Positions 29,464 to 37,798 of a DNA stretch of 44,782 nt are shown piece after piece. The DNA is from Cellvibrionales bacterium (GTDB taxonomy: Bacteria > Pseudomonadota > Gammaproteobacteria > Pseudomonadales > UBA7434). The notes under the pieces are model-generated. The model was not told where the DNA came from. It worked only from the letters and a program-made list of their open reading frames with translations, and did not search any database. Every line of letters begins with the position of its first letter. The stretch's first letter is position 1. The stretch lies in the NCBI GenBank assembly GCA_002726445.1, contig PBSZ01000059.1, positions 1 through 44,782 on the forward strand, read 5' to 3'. The position numbers were made by a program, and so were the translations under genes.

Positions 29464-32274
29464 TCAATGCGCCTCATCCCAATTTTTTCCGCTACCAACG
29501 TCGACAACTAAGGGGATCGCTAACGTCGCTGCAGATGACATTAGCTGTGAAATATTTTCTTTTGCATAATCGAGCTTTTCAGTTGGCACTTCAAAAACCA
29601 ATTCATCGTGGACCTGCATAATCATTTTTATGTCGACATTGTCTTGTAGCCAATAGCTGACTTCCAACATAGCGAGCTTAATGATATCTGCCGCCGTGCC
29701 TTGCATGGGCGCGTTAATAGCCGTTCGTTCAGCCGCCTGTCGCCGCATGCCATTGCTGCTATTAATCTCAGGTAAATATAAACGGCGACCAAAAAGAGTT
29801 TTAACATAACCTTGTTCAGCGGCTTTGCTACGCGTGTCTTCCATATAACTTAACACCCCTGGATAGCGCTCAAAATAGCGATCGATATAACTTTGCGCGT
29901 CATGCCGGCCAATATCTAACTGCTTAGCTAAGCCAAATGCTGACATCCCGTAAATGAGTCCAAAATTAATCGCCTTTGCTCTGCGTCGCTGCTCTTGGCT
30001 CACCTCGGCTAGATTTACCGCAAATACTTCTGCCGCTGTTGCCTTATGCACATCTAGGCCGGCATTAAAGGCATCAACTAAACCTTTATCGCCAGATAAG
30101 TGCGCCATAATACGTAATTCAATTTGCGAGTAATCGGCTGCTAACACCGAGCTGCCCGCCGGAGCAATAAATGCCTGCCTGACTCGCCTTCCTTCTTCGG
30201 TCCGGATAGGAATGTTTTGTAAGTTTGGATCCGATGAAGACAGTCTTCCCGTCGCTGTCACCGCCTGATGGTAGGAGGTATGCACGCGGCCGGTTGATGG
30301 AGCAATTTGCTCTGGCAAGCGATCAGTATAGGTTGATTTTAATTTACTTAAGCCTCGGTACTCCATAATAACTTTAGGTAATGGGTAATCCAAAGCTAGT
30401 TCTTGTAATACAGGCTCTGCTGTTGAGGGCTGCCCTTTCGGCGTTTTCTTAATGACTTTTATTTTTAGCTTTTCGAACAAAATCGTTTGCAATTGTTTTG
30501 GCGAGCCTAAATTAAATTCTTCACCTGCCAGCTCATAAGCTTGTTGTGCTAGCTGTGCTATTCTTTCGGTTAACTCTTGGCTTTGCTTGGCCAGCAAATC
30601 ACCATCTATAAGCGCCCCAGTTTGTTCTATTTGGCAGATAACATCGAGCAAAGGTAATTCAATATCGTCATATAACTTTTTTAATTCTGGTGATGCATCC
30701 AGCTCCTGACTCAAGGCTTGCTGCAAGCGTAATGTGATATCTGCATCTTCAGCAGCATAAGGGCCGGCAATGTCTAGATCAACTTGGTTAAAACTGATTT
30801 GCTTAGCGCCCTTGCCTGCTACGTCTTCATACTTAGTGGTGGCTTGGTTCAAATAATGTAGCGCCAAGCTGTCCATATCATGTCGACTAGCCGTTGAATT
30901 CAACACATAAGACATAAGCATCGTATCATCACCAATACCCTGCAAGTTAATGCCGTGATTGGCGATGACATGCTTGTCGTATTTTAAATTTTGTCCTGTT
31001 TTTTTAAGCTTTGGATTTTCAAGCAAGGGCTTAAACGCCGATAGCACTTGCGCCTCGGTTAACTGATTAGGCGCAGCAATATAATCATGGCCAAAAGGAA
31101 TATAAGCGGCCTCACCAAGAACGGTGCTGACTGATACGCCCACTACTCTCGCTTCCATATAGTTTAAGCTGGTCGTCTCGGTGTCAAAGGCGAACTGTTG
31201 ACTGGTCGATAGCTTTTTTATCCAAGCATTCAAACGATCTAATTCATAAACCGTTTCATAATTGCGTTCAACTTGCTGGCCGTTGCTAGCCGATGGCTTG
31301 GTTTTATCGACCTGTTGTTCTCTGCGGTTAGCCGTCGTTGACCCAGTAATTTTCTCGTCACTGCTAGTTTGATTTTCGGTATGCTTACCGGCGGCAGTTT
31401 CCTTTATCCACGTTTTAAATTCATATTCGCTGAATAATTCATGTAGGCGCTCAATATTCTCAGCGCTGCTAAGTTCGCCTTGATACAAACTTAGCGCAGT
31501 TGTTTCTAGTGCAACGTCGAGTTTTATGGTTGCCAGTTGATACGATAAACGAGCTTCATCTTCATTTGCTGCCAATTTTTCAGCCAATTTTTTTGCGCCT
31601 CTGACAGGGACATTGACGACTTGATCTAATTGTTGATAAATCTCTTCGACGCCGCCTAAATGCTGAATTAAACCCAATGCAGTCTTCTCGCCTACCCCGG
31701 CAACGCCTGGAATATTGTCAACTTTATCACCCATTAAGGCGAGGTAGTCGATGATGTAATGTGCCGGTATGCCAAACTTTTCAAGCACCCCCGCCTCATC
31801 CATCACAGTATTAGTCATGGTATTCACCAAGGTGACATGCTGATTCACTAGCTGGGCCATATCTTTATCGCCGGTTGACACCACAACCGGTATCGCTTGC
31901 TCACTGGCCTGCTTTGCCAAAGTGCCAATCACGTCGTCGGCCTCAACGCCGGCCACCGCTAATAGCGGAAGTCCCATGGCTCTAACGATCTCGTGAATGG
32001 GCTCTACTTGCGGACGAAGATCATCAGGCATAGCAGAACGGTTAGCTTTATAGGCCGGAAACATATCATCTCGGAAGGTTTTTCCTTTGGCATCAAATAT
32101 AACCACAATTACGCTGCTGCTGTAGGTTTTTTGTAAGCTTCTGAGCATGTTTATGACGCCCTTAATCGCCCCCGTCGGCTGGCCCTTGGAAGTATTTAAT
32201 GGGGGTAAAGCATGAAAAGCACGGTAGAGATAAGAGGAACCGTCTACCAAAACAAGCGGTTGGATCGAGGCCAT
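29464..32274 (-). CDS. polA: DNA polymerase I
   Basis: 5' nuclease domain LVLVDGSSYLYRAFHALPPL, exonuclease motif FAFDTETTSL, and polymerase motifs DYSQIELRIMAH, RRRAKAINFGLIYG and QVHDELVFE. The ATG at 32274 gives 936 aa. The 30 upstream track codons are hydrophobic and not PolA-like. Confidence 0.95.
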   Translation of the reverse strand: MASIQPLVLVDGSSYLYRAFHALPPLNTSKGQPTGAIKGVINMLRSLQKTYSSSVIVVIFDAKGKTFRDDMFPAYKANRSAMPDDLRPQVEPIHEIVRAMGLPLLAVAGVEADDVIGTLAKQASEQAIPVVVSTGDKDMAQLVNQHVTLVNTMTNTVMDEAGVLEKFGIPAHYIIDYLALMGDKVDNIPGVAGVGEKTALGLIQHLGGVEEIYQQLDQVVNVPVRGAKKLAEKLAANEDEARLSYQLATIKLDVALETTALSLYQGELSSAENIERLHELFSEYEFKTWIKETAAGKHTENQTSSDEKITGSTTANRREQQVDKTKPSASNGQQVERNYETVYELDRLNAWIKKLSTSQQFAFDTETTSLNYMEARVVGVSVSTVLGEAAYIPFGHDYIAAPNQLTEAQVLSAFKPLLENPKLKKTGQNLKYDKHVIANHGINLQGIGDDTMLMSYVLNSTASRHDMDSLALHYLNQATTKYEDVAGKGAKQISFNQVDLDIAGPYAAEDADITLRLQQALSQELDASPELKKLYDDIELPLLDVICQIEQTGALIDGDLLAKQSQELTERIAQLAQQAYELAGEEFNLGSPKQLQTILFEKLKIKVIKKTPKGQPSTAEPVLQELALDYPLPKVIMEYRGLSKLKSTYTDRLPEQIAPSTGRVHTSYHQAVTATGRLSSSDPNLQNIPIRTEEGRRVRQAFIAPAGSSVLAADYSQIELRIMAHLSGDKGLVDAFNAGLDVHKATAAEVFAVNLAEVSQEQRRRAKAINFGLIYGMSAFGLAKQLDIGRHDAQSYIDRYFERYPGVLSYMEDTRSKAAEQGYVKTLFGRRLYLPEINSSNGMRRQAAERTAINAPMQGTAADIIKLAMLEVSYWLQDNVDIKMIMQVHDELVFEVPTEKLDYAKENISQLMSSAATLAIPLVVDVGSGKNWDEAH

Positions 32275-32473
32275 AAGCGGAGCAATACCTTTGTTGAGCA
32301 ATAGAATTATCAGGGCTAAGTTTATCACAGGCATGAACCTTTCATCATGGCTCAATAGCCACAACTCAGCCCTTTGACAAGCTGATCAAAATTCACTCTC
32401 TTCTGAAGATGTTACCTTGTTAATCTTTGCAATGAACCGATTGGTAACACTTTGCGTATAACCCCCTATACAG

Positions 32474-32523
32474 AATGTTATTTATTTATTATTCAAAGAG
32501 ATAAGTTGTTCTAAATGTTATTT
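32474..32523 (+). repeat. Direct repeat AATGTTATTT x2 (32474-32483 and 32514-32523, 40 bp apart) within the AT-rich polA/orphan-gene intergenic region
   Basis: Read directly from the sequence. Related ATGTTAY or TGTTAC copies occur at about 32408 and in the palindrome at 32599-32615. Confidence 0.4.
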
Positions 32524-32598
32524 GAATAGTAAATTACCAATTATTTACACTATTATTTGATCAATTTCGGGTTTGACACTGGCTTTTATTCTCATAAG

Positions 32599-32615
32599 TG
32601 TTACTATATGTAACA
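32599..32615. promoter_or_regulatory. Inverted repeat TGTTAC-TATAT-GTAACA upstream of the orphan secreted-protein gene; candidate operator
   Basis: 6-bp perfect arms with a 5-nt AT spacer, 80 nt upstream of the ATG at 32696 and about 20 nt downstream of a TTGACA hexamer (32573-32578). Confidence 0.3.
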
Positions 32616-32695
32616 TAGAATTAAACATCATTATTAACCCGATCGATGACCAGCCAAAAGCCAGTCATCCTCAACAAACGAAAGGAGTAACGAAG

Positions 32696-33007
32696 ATGAA
32701 AAAACTAACTTACTCTGCCATTTCGTATGTAGCGGCAGCACTGCTCCTATCCGGATCAGTATTTGCCAATCCAGCCGACGTGAGTGGAGACTCTATTCAA
32801 ATTGCTGAGCGCTTAAGTGCCAATAGTAAACCCAGTTTTTACTTAGCCTTAAATCGTTACCCGGTAGCGCTGCCTTCAATGTCTCAACACAGAAGTCGCT
32901 CGTTTTCGGTCACGAATAACAGCGAGGCTTACATCGATAGCTTGCAGAAAGAATTACGTGACCAGCTGGATATTTTGATCGAAACGAAAGAATCCTTTTC
33001 TTATTAG
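32696..33007 (+). CDS. Orphan small secreted protein (103 aa), no family recognised
   Basis: AAAGGAG lies 8 nt upstream of the ATG at 32696. The Sec signal is MKKLTYSAISYVAAALLLSGSVFA/NP. The mature part is Cys-free and Ser-rich. A hairpin terminator follows. The track ORF start at 32573 is a TTG with no RBS. Confidence 0.5.
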   Translation: MKKLTYSAISYVAAALLLSGSVFANPADVSGDSIQIAERLSANSKPSFYLALNRYPVALPSMSQHRSRSFSVTNNSEAYIDSLQKELRDQLDILIETKESFSY

Positions 33008-33032
33008 TCTTGCTCCTCGAAAGATACGCTTT

Positions 33033-33057
33033 GGGTCCCTATAGGGACCCTTTTTTT
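33033..33057 (+). terminator. Rho-independent terminator after the orphan secreted-protein gene
   Basis: GGGTCCC-TATA-GGGACCC followed by TTTTTTT, 26 nt after the stop codon. Confidence 0.7.
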
Positions 33058-33091
33058 ATGGCGGATTTTTAAGCAACTTAATGGCGGGCGC

Positions 33092-33550
33092 TTAATCACA
33101 AAAGCCATAAAATCCACGAGAAAAATAGCAATACTCCTTTGCTACGCCCCGCTCTAATAGCTGCCGATTTAGTTCCACACCGGATTGGTCCCCGCTAAGA
33201 AAGCATCGCGATACAATACGACCGTATCGGTCTAGCTCCTTTGGAAAACATGACAGACGTTGATTATTGGTTAAATTATTGAGCGCTCGCCGCGCTGACC
33301 AATAACCGGGCTTGTTTCGCTCAGGCGCATCAACGCCCCAAAGTCTAATTTGTCGCTGCTGGCCAGCTAAATAGAGACTATCACCATCGACCACTCGGCC
33401 TACCTCCATTGATAACATAGGCTTCAATAGGTCTTGTTCGGATTGCGACTGTTCAGCATAGACAGAATGGCTGCATAAGCATAGATTGAGAAATATAAAG
33501 ACGCCTACCGTCGAAGATTTTGTTACATGAATAGTGAGCTGGCTAAACAT
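33092..33550 (-). CDS. Secreted thermonuclease (staphylococcal nuclease / SNase) family protein
   Basis: VVDGDSLYL....IRLWGVDAPE and DRYGRIVSRCF...N..LLERGVA match the SNase core. The ATG at 33550 gives the signal peptide MFSQLTIHVTKSSTVGVFIFLNLCLCSHSVYA/EQ. The GTG at 33607 in the track would overlap senC by 11 nt. The mature part has several Cys residues, consistent with a periplasmic or exported location. Confidence 0.72.
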   Translation of the reverse strand: MFSQLTIHVTKSSTVGVFIFLNLCLCSHSVYAEQSQSEQDLLKPMLSMEVGRVVDGDSLYLAGQQRQIRLWGVDAPERNKPGYWSARRALNNLTNNQRLSCFPKELDRYGRIVSRCFLSGDQSGVELNRQLLERGVAKEYCYFSRGFYGFCD

Positions 33551-33596
33551 ATTGCTACCAATACGACTCACTGCATCGACAATACAACTAAAATAA

Positions 33597-34268
33597 TTAA
33601 CGAGCACTGGCTCGAATCGACTTATAGGTCATCAACATGCGGCTAACATCAAGCGGCGGTTTATAAAATCCACTGTAATGACCAGCGGGGTTGATAACGG
33701 CAATATGACCACTGTGATCAACCGTATAATCGCCTGTCTCCACATTAGTCACAATTTTCTGGAAGGCAACGTTAAGCTGTTTTGCGAATCGATGGATTGA
33801 TAAGAATTCACCCGTCACGCCAATGAAATCAGAATTAAAGTATTCTACATATGGTTTTAATTTTATCGGCGTATCACGAGCAGGATCTAAGCTAACCATT
33901 AAAAATTGTGTGTCTTCAGCATAATCGGTATCTACCAAGAACTCATTCAGTTCATTCATCATGGCCAGCGTAGCAGGGCAGATGTCAGGACAGTGCGTAA
34001 AGCCAAAAAATATTAAACTCCATTGGCCTTGCAACTGCTGCTTAGTAAATGCCGCTTCATTCTGATCAAGCAAATTAAATTCAGCAATTTCACGTGGCGA
34101 AGAAAACATAATCGCGCCATTGGCGACTAATTCTTTTGGGCTTAAAATACGGTCCATCGACAAGCGATTAACAAATAAGCCAAACACCACGGCAATGAAA
34201 CAAACAATAACAATAAGGGTTTTTTTTATCCCTTGCTGCTGCCTTTTTTCAGTATCAATTTCGGTCAC
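33597..34268 (-). CDS. senC: SCO1/SenC copper chaperone for cytochrome c oxidase assembly
   Basis: N-terminal TM anchor, thioredoxin fold with FGFTHCPDICP (CxxxC), and the downstream VDHSGH histidine region. Confidence 0.87.
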   Translation of the reverse strand: MTEIDTEKRQQQGIKKTLIVIVCFIAVVFGLFVNRLSMDRILSPKELVANGAIMFSSPREIAEFNLLDQNEAAFTKQQLQGQWSLIFFGFTHCPDICPATLAMMNELNEFLVDTDYAEDTQFLMVSLDPARDTPIKLKPYVEYFNSDFIGVTGEFLSIHRFAKQLNVAFQKIVTNVETGDYTVDHSGHIAVINPAGHYSGFYKPPLDVSRMLMTYKSIRASAR

Positions 34269-34313
34269 TAAATATAGCCTTTAAAAATTTGTATAGGTGC
34301 AGGGCTAATTTTA

Positions 34314-35267
34314 TTACTTAATAGCCTGCATTTCTATCGGGGGAGGTATGCGATTGAGACGCTCATCTAACGGAAGTATATAGTGGTCAGCTAGCATAAT
34401 AATAAACAAAGCCATCAAATAAATAATCGAATACCTGAATGTTTGCATAGGCGCTTGCGGATCTTTGTTGATTAACATGACTACCGCCCAATATAAAAAT
34501 CCTAGGCCTAAAATGACAGCGCCCAACAAATACAATAAACCAAACATCTTAGTTGCAAACGGCAAAACAGAAACAACAAACAAAATAATAGTGTAAAGCA
34601 AGATATGTAATCGAGTATATTTATCACCGTGCGTCACCGGCAACATAGGAATACCCACTTTGGCATAATCATCTTTTCGATGAATCGCAAGTGCCCAAAA
34701 ATGCGGTGGCGTCCATGCAAAAATAATTAGCACCAATAATAATGCATAGCCATGTATCTCATTGGTGACCGCGGTCCAGCCGAGCAGTGGCGGGGCAGCA
34801 CCAGCCAAGCCACCAATAACAATATTTTGAGGCGTTGCACGCTTCAAAAAACAGGTGTAAATAAGCGCATAGCCAATCAGTGAGCCTAAGGTTAACCAAG
34901 CGGTCAGCTCGTTCACATAAAAAATTAACACCCACATGCCCAGCAGGCCCATGACTGCGCTGAACAATAATGCATGGCTGTCTTTTAAGCGCCCCTGTGC
35001 AACAGGACGGTTTTCAGTACGCTTCATTAACAGGTCAATTTTTTTATCAACCACGTGGTTGATAACCGCTGCCGAGGCCGCACAAAGACCGATACCCAGA
35101 TTGCCTAGCAATAAAATATCAAGCGGCACCATGCCTGGCACCGCAAGCAACATGCCGACCACAGTCGTCAGTGCCATTAAAGCAACCACATTGGGTTTGC
35201 AAAGCTCAAGATAATCACGCCATAGAGGCTGATCAAGTTTTTTTTCAGCGGCGTCTGAATTTGTCAT
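34314..35267 (-). CDS. cyoE: Protoheme IX farnesyltransferase (heme O synthase)
   Basis: Polytopic UbiA-family protein with NHVVDKKIDLLMKRTENRPV and WTPPHFWALA. Confidence 0.9.
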   Translation of the reverse strand: MTNSDAAEKKLDQPLWRDYLELCKPNVVALMALTTVVGMLLAVPGMVPLDILLLGNLGIGLCAASAAVINHVVDKKIDLLMKRTENRPVAQGRLKDSHALLFSAVMGLLGMWVLIFYVNELTAWLTLGSLIGYALIYTCFLKRATPQNIVIGGLAGAAPPLLGWTAVTNEIHGYALLLVLIIFAWTPPHFWALAIHRKDDYAKVGIPMLPVTHGDKYTRLHILLYTIILFVVSVLPFATKMFGLLYLLGAVILGLGFLYWAVVMLINKDPQAPMQTFRYSIIYLMALFIIMLADHYILPLDERLNRIPPPIEMQAIK

Positions 35268-35313
35268 TTTTTCATCTCAACACTCGAGCGATCGTTCAAT
35301 TTACCTGCTTCGA

Positions 35314-36357
35314 TCAAGCAGCTTGAACCGCATGGCTGGTGTAAAATCGGTGGCATAAGCCTACAAAGGTCAATAATAGCATGGCGCCCACGGCATTGTG
35401 CGCAACAGCAACCGGTAATGGCAGTGACCAATAAACGTTACTCAAGCCAAGGCTTATCTGCAGTAACAAAACAAAGGCCAGCATTATTGCCCATTGAGAG
35501 CTGCTTTTTTGCTTTATTCTTAGCAGTCGATAGACCAAATAAAAAACGACGAGGGTAACAACTATCGCGCCTATTCTATGACTAAAATGAATTGCAGTTC
35601 TAGCGGAATTCTCCATTAAGCCCCCCAAGTAATTGGGCCCAATATCCTGGGCAAAGTTAAATCCCTTGGCAAAATCCATATTTGGCCACCACCGACCTTG
35701 GCAAGTCGGCAGGTCGGGGCAGGCGAGGGCCGCATAATTGGTGGAGGTCCAACCGCCAAGCAAGATTTGCACGATGACTAAGCTCATCGCCACCCATAGT
35801 AAAGGCTTCAATCGCTGTATTTCTGCAAATGCATGAGGCGGCATTTGCCATCGGCGGTTTTGCAGACGAAGAGTTAACAGCCAAAGCAGAGAGAGGGTGG
35901 TAAAGCCGCCAATCAAATGCGCGGTGACGACCTGCGGCCAAAGATTCAAAGTGACCGTCCAACGACCAAACATTCCTTGCACAATGACCATCGCAAGCAA
36001 CACAAGGCTTAGCTTTATTGGTGCATTAAGGCCATTCTGACGCTGACGATAAGCCATACCCACGAATGCGATACAAAACAAGCCTAAGCTGGTGGCCAAT
36101 AAACGATGCACTTGTTCGGGCCAGGTTTTGTCATGTTCAACCGGCGCTTCAGGAAAGGCAGCATTGGCTGCCGCCACTTCCACCGCGTCCATGGGCCACA
36201 AAATATGACCATAGCAACCCGGCCAATCGGGACAGCCTAAACCGGCATCAACTAAGCGCGTGAAAGCTCCCAAAACAATAACCAGTACAGCAAATAAGGT
36301 GCCGCTAGCCGCTAGCCAGTAACCTGGCTTTACTTGTCTCTTTGTTTGATCTTGCAT
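35314..36357 (-). CDS. ctaA: Heme A synthase (COX15/CtaA)
   Basis: Eight-TM protein with GLGCPDWPGCYG, conserved His-containing helices (HRLLA, AHLIGG, HRIGA, AHNAVG) and a second Cys pair LACPDLPTC. Confidence 0.87.
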   Translation of the reverse strand: MQDQTKRQVKPGYWLAASGTLFAVLVIVLGAFTRLVDAGLGCPDWPGCYGHILWPMDAVEVAAANAAFPEAPVEHDKTWPEQVHRLLATSLGLFCIAFVGMAYRQRQNGLNAPIKLSLVLLAMVIVQGMFGRWTVTLNLWPQVVTAHLIGGFTTLSLLWLLTLRLQNRRWQMPPHAFAEIQRLKPLLWVAMSLVIVQILLGGWTSTNYAALACPDLPTCQGRWWPNMDFAKGFNFAQDIGPNYLGGLMENSARTAIHFSHRIGAIVVTLVVFYLVYRLLRIKQKSSSQWAIMLAFVLLLQISLGLSNVYWSLPLPVAVAHNAVGAMLLLTFVGLCHRFYTSHAVQAA

Positions 36358-36359
36358 CT

Positions 36360-36980
36360 TTATCGCTCAGCACTGTATTTGAGTAAATATTTTAAATCTT
36401 TGAGGACCGCCGCACCATCATGCTCAGCACTGTAGACCATCATTGCCCATCCCTCTGGGTCTACCAAGATAAATTTTGCCTCACTTTGTCTTGCCTCGGC
36501 GGTTGCTAAGACCGCTTGATCGAGGGGCGCTAGTGATGGCGAGTCACTGTAAGCGACTGTCAGATAATGGTGTTCGGCAGCAAGATGCTCACTCAATGAC
36601 GGGGATAATGCGGCTGCATCACTGAGATACAGGCGTTGCGTGCGGTTCGCTTCTTTATTCAGTCGTATATGGATTTGACGGCTTAAAAGCAAGGTATCTA
36701 GGCAGCCCTGATCACAGTCTCCACCACCACGTATAACCATGGTCCACTTGCCATGCCATATATTATCAACTTCTTTGCTAGACGTAAGCGCTAACTTACT
36801 TAATTGAACAGGCGGCTGAATCAAATACCCTTGGTTTTTGCTAGCCACTGAGATTTGTCCCGATTGCACCAGATTATAAATCACACTCGCCAATATCATG
36901 AGCCCAAAAGGGATCATCCATAACAGAATTAATTTAAATCGATTCTGCCAAACGACCTTGCCTTCACTCGCTGCTGTCAT
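36360..36980 (-). CDS. Membrane-anchored SCO-like thioredoxin-fold protein with a CxxxC motif (cytochrome oxidase biogenesis cluster hypothetical)
   Basis: Single N-terminal TM segment (LILLWMIPFGLMILASVIY). KWTMVIRGGGDCDQGCLDTL aligns by eye with senC QWSLIFFGFTHCPDICPATL, and KFILVDPEGW with GHIAVINPAGH. The gene sits between SURF1 and ctaA. Confidence 0.55.
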   Translation of the reverse strand: MTAASEGKVVWQNRFKLILLWMIPFGLMILASVIYNLVQSGQISVASKNQGYLIQPPVQLSKLALTSSKEVDNIWHGKWTMVIRGGGDCDQGCLDTLLLSRQIHIRLNKEANRTQRLYLSDAAALSPSLSEHLAAEHHYLTVAYSDSPSLAPLDQAVLATAEARQSEAKFILVDPEGWAMMVYSAEHDGAAVLKDLKYLLKYSAER

Positions 36981-37004
36981 AATTTCACTTCTCTATTTAA
37001 TTGA

Positions 37005-37736
37005 TTACTTGCTGTCCTTAGCCACTGGTCGAATCGACGAGTACAGCCAAAATAGCAGCAGCGCTAAGGCCATTGTGAACCACTGTAAGGCATAACCCCA
37101 GTGTTTTTCTGGTTTCACATTAACTGTCGGCCAATCAGCGGTTAAAGCGCCTTCGCTGTGCGCTTGTAGGCGGACAGTGAAGGGAACAAGCTGTTTATCC
37201 AAATGCAGTGCCAACCGCTCTATATCCACCCATTGTACGACCAAGGGCCACTGGTTAGACCATTGATCTGCCGCTAAAGTTACTGCTTCGCCTAACGGAA
37301 GATAAATGGTCCCGAGCAAGCGAACTTGGCCCTTAATCGGCGGAACTTCTGGTAAGCGACGGCGATCCAAAAAGCCTGCAATCCAACCCCGATTGACCAA
37401 AACAGTCTGGCCATTCTGCATCAATGCAGGGGAGAGCACTTGATAGCCAACTTTCCCATCGAAGATCCGATTATCTAGCAATACCGTATGATTATTGTCA
37501 ACTTCGGCCAGTATATGCACTGGTTTATAGGCTAACTGCTCTGTAGAAGCTAAAGTTGAAAGCGGGACGGGGGGAGCCAATTGCTGCTGCGCATAACGTG
37601 CTTGAAGGGCAAGCTTCTCGTCTGCACGCTCAAGCTGCCAAAATCCTAACTTGATTAATATCGGCATGGCAACTAACACGAATAACAGTGTTTTCCAGTT
37701 GGCATCCCAGCGGTAAGCTGTAATCATAGCGTTCAT
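37005..37736 (-). CDS. SURF1-family cytochrome oxidase assembly protein
   Basis: N-terminal TM segment followed by LGFWQLERADEK, VLVNRGWI and a C-terminal TM segment with HWGYALQWFTMA, all typical of SURF1/Shy1. Confidence 0.87.
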   Translation of the reverse strand: MNAMITAYRWDANWKTLLFVLVAMPILIKLGFWQLERADEKLALQARYAQQQLAPPVPLSTLASTEQLAYKPVHILAEVDNNHTVLLDNRIFDGKVGYQVLSPALMQNGQTVLVNRGWIAGFLDRRRLPEVPPIKGQVRLLGTIYLPLGEAVTLAADQWSNQWPLVVQWVDIERLALHLDKQLVPFTVRLQAHSEGALTADWPTVNVKPEKHWGYALQWFTMALALLLFWLYSSIRPVAKDSK

Positions 37737-37798
37737 TTGCGGAACATCGTATTTAGCATTGTATTAAACATTTAGCGTAACTATTAAGGTGACTACCC

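Noticed and set aside
31266-31404. Polar low-complexity linker in PolA (…ETAAGKHTENQTSSDEKITGSTTANRREQQVDKTKPSASNGQQVE…)
   Set aside because: It lies at the normal flexible junction between the 5' nuclease and 3'-5' exonuclease domains. Total protein length (936 aa) is close to E. coli Pol I, so it is not an inserted domain.
32599-32615. TGTTAC-TATAT-GTAACA as a LexA box
   Set aside because: It is superficially similar (AT-rich centre, GT/AC arms) but lacks the invariant CTG/CAG positions. I kept it only as a generic candidate operator.
35657-36263. ORFs 35657..35962(-) and 36066..36263(+) inside ctaA
   Set aside because: These are shadow frames of a polytopic membrane protein gene with no independent signals.
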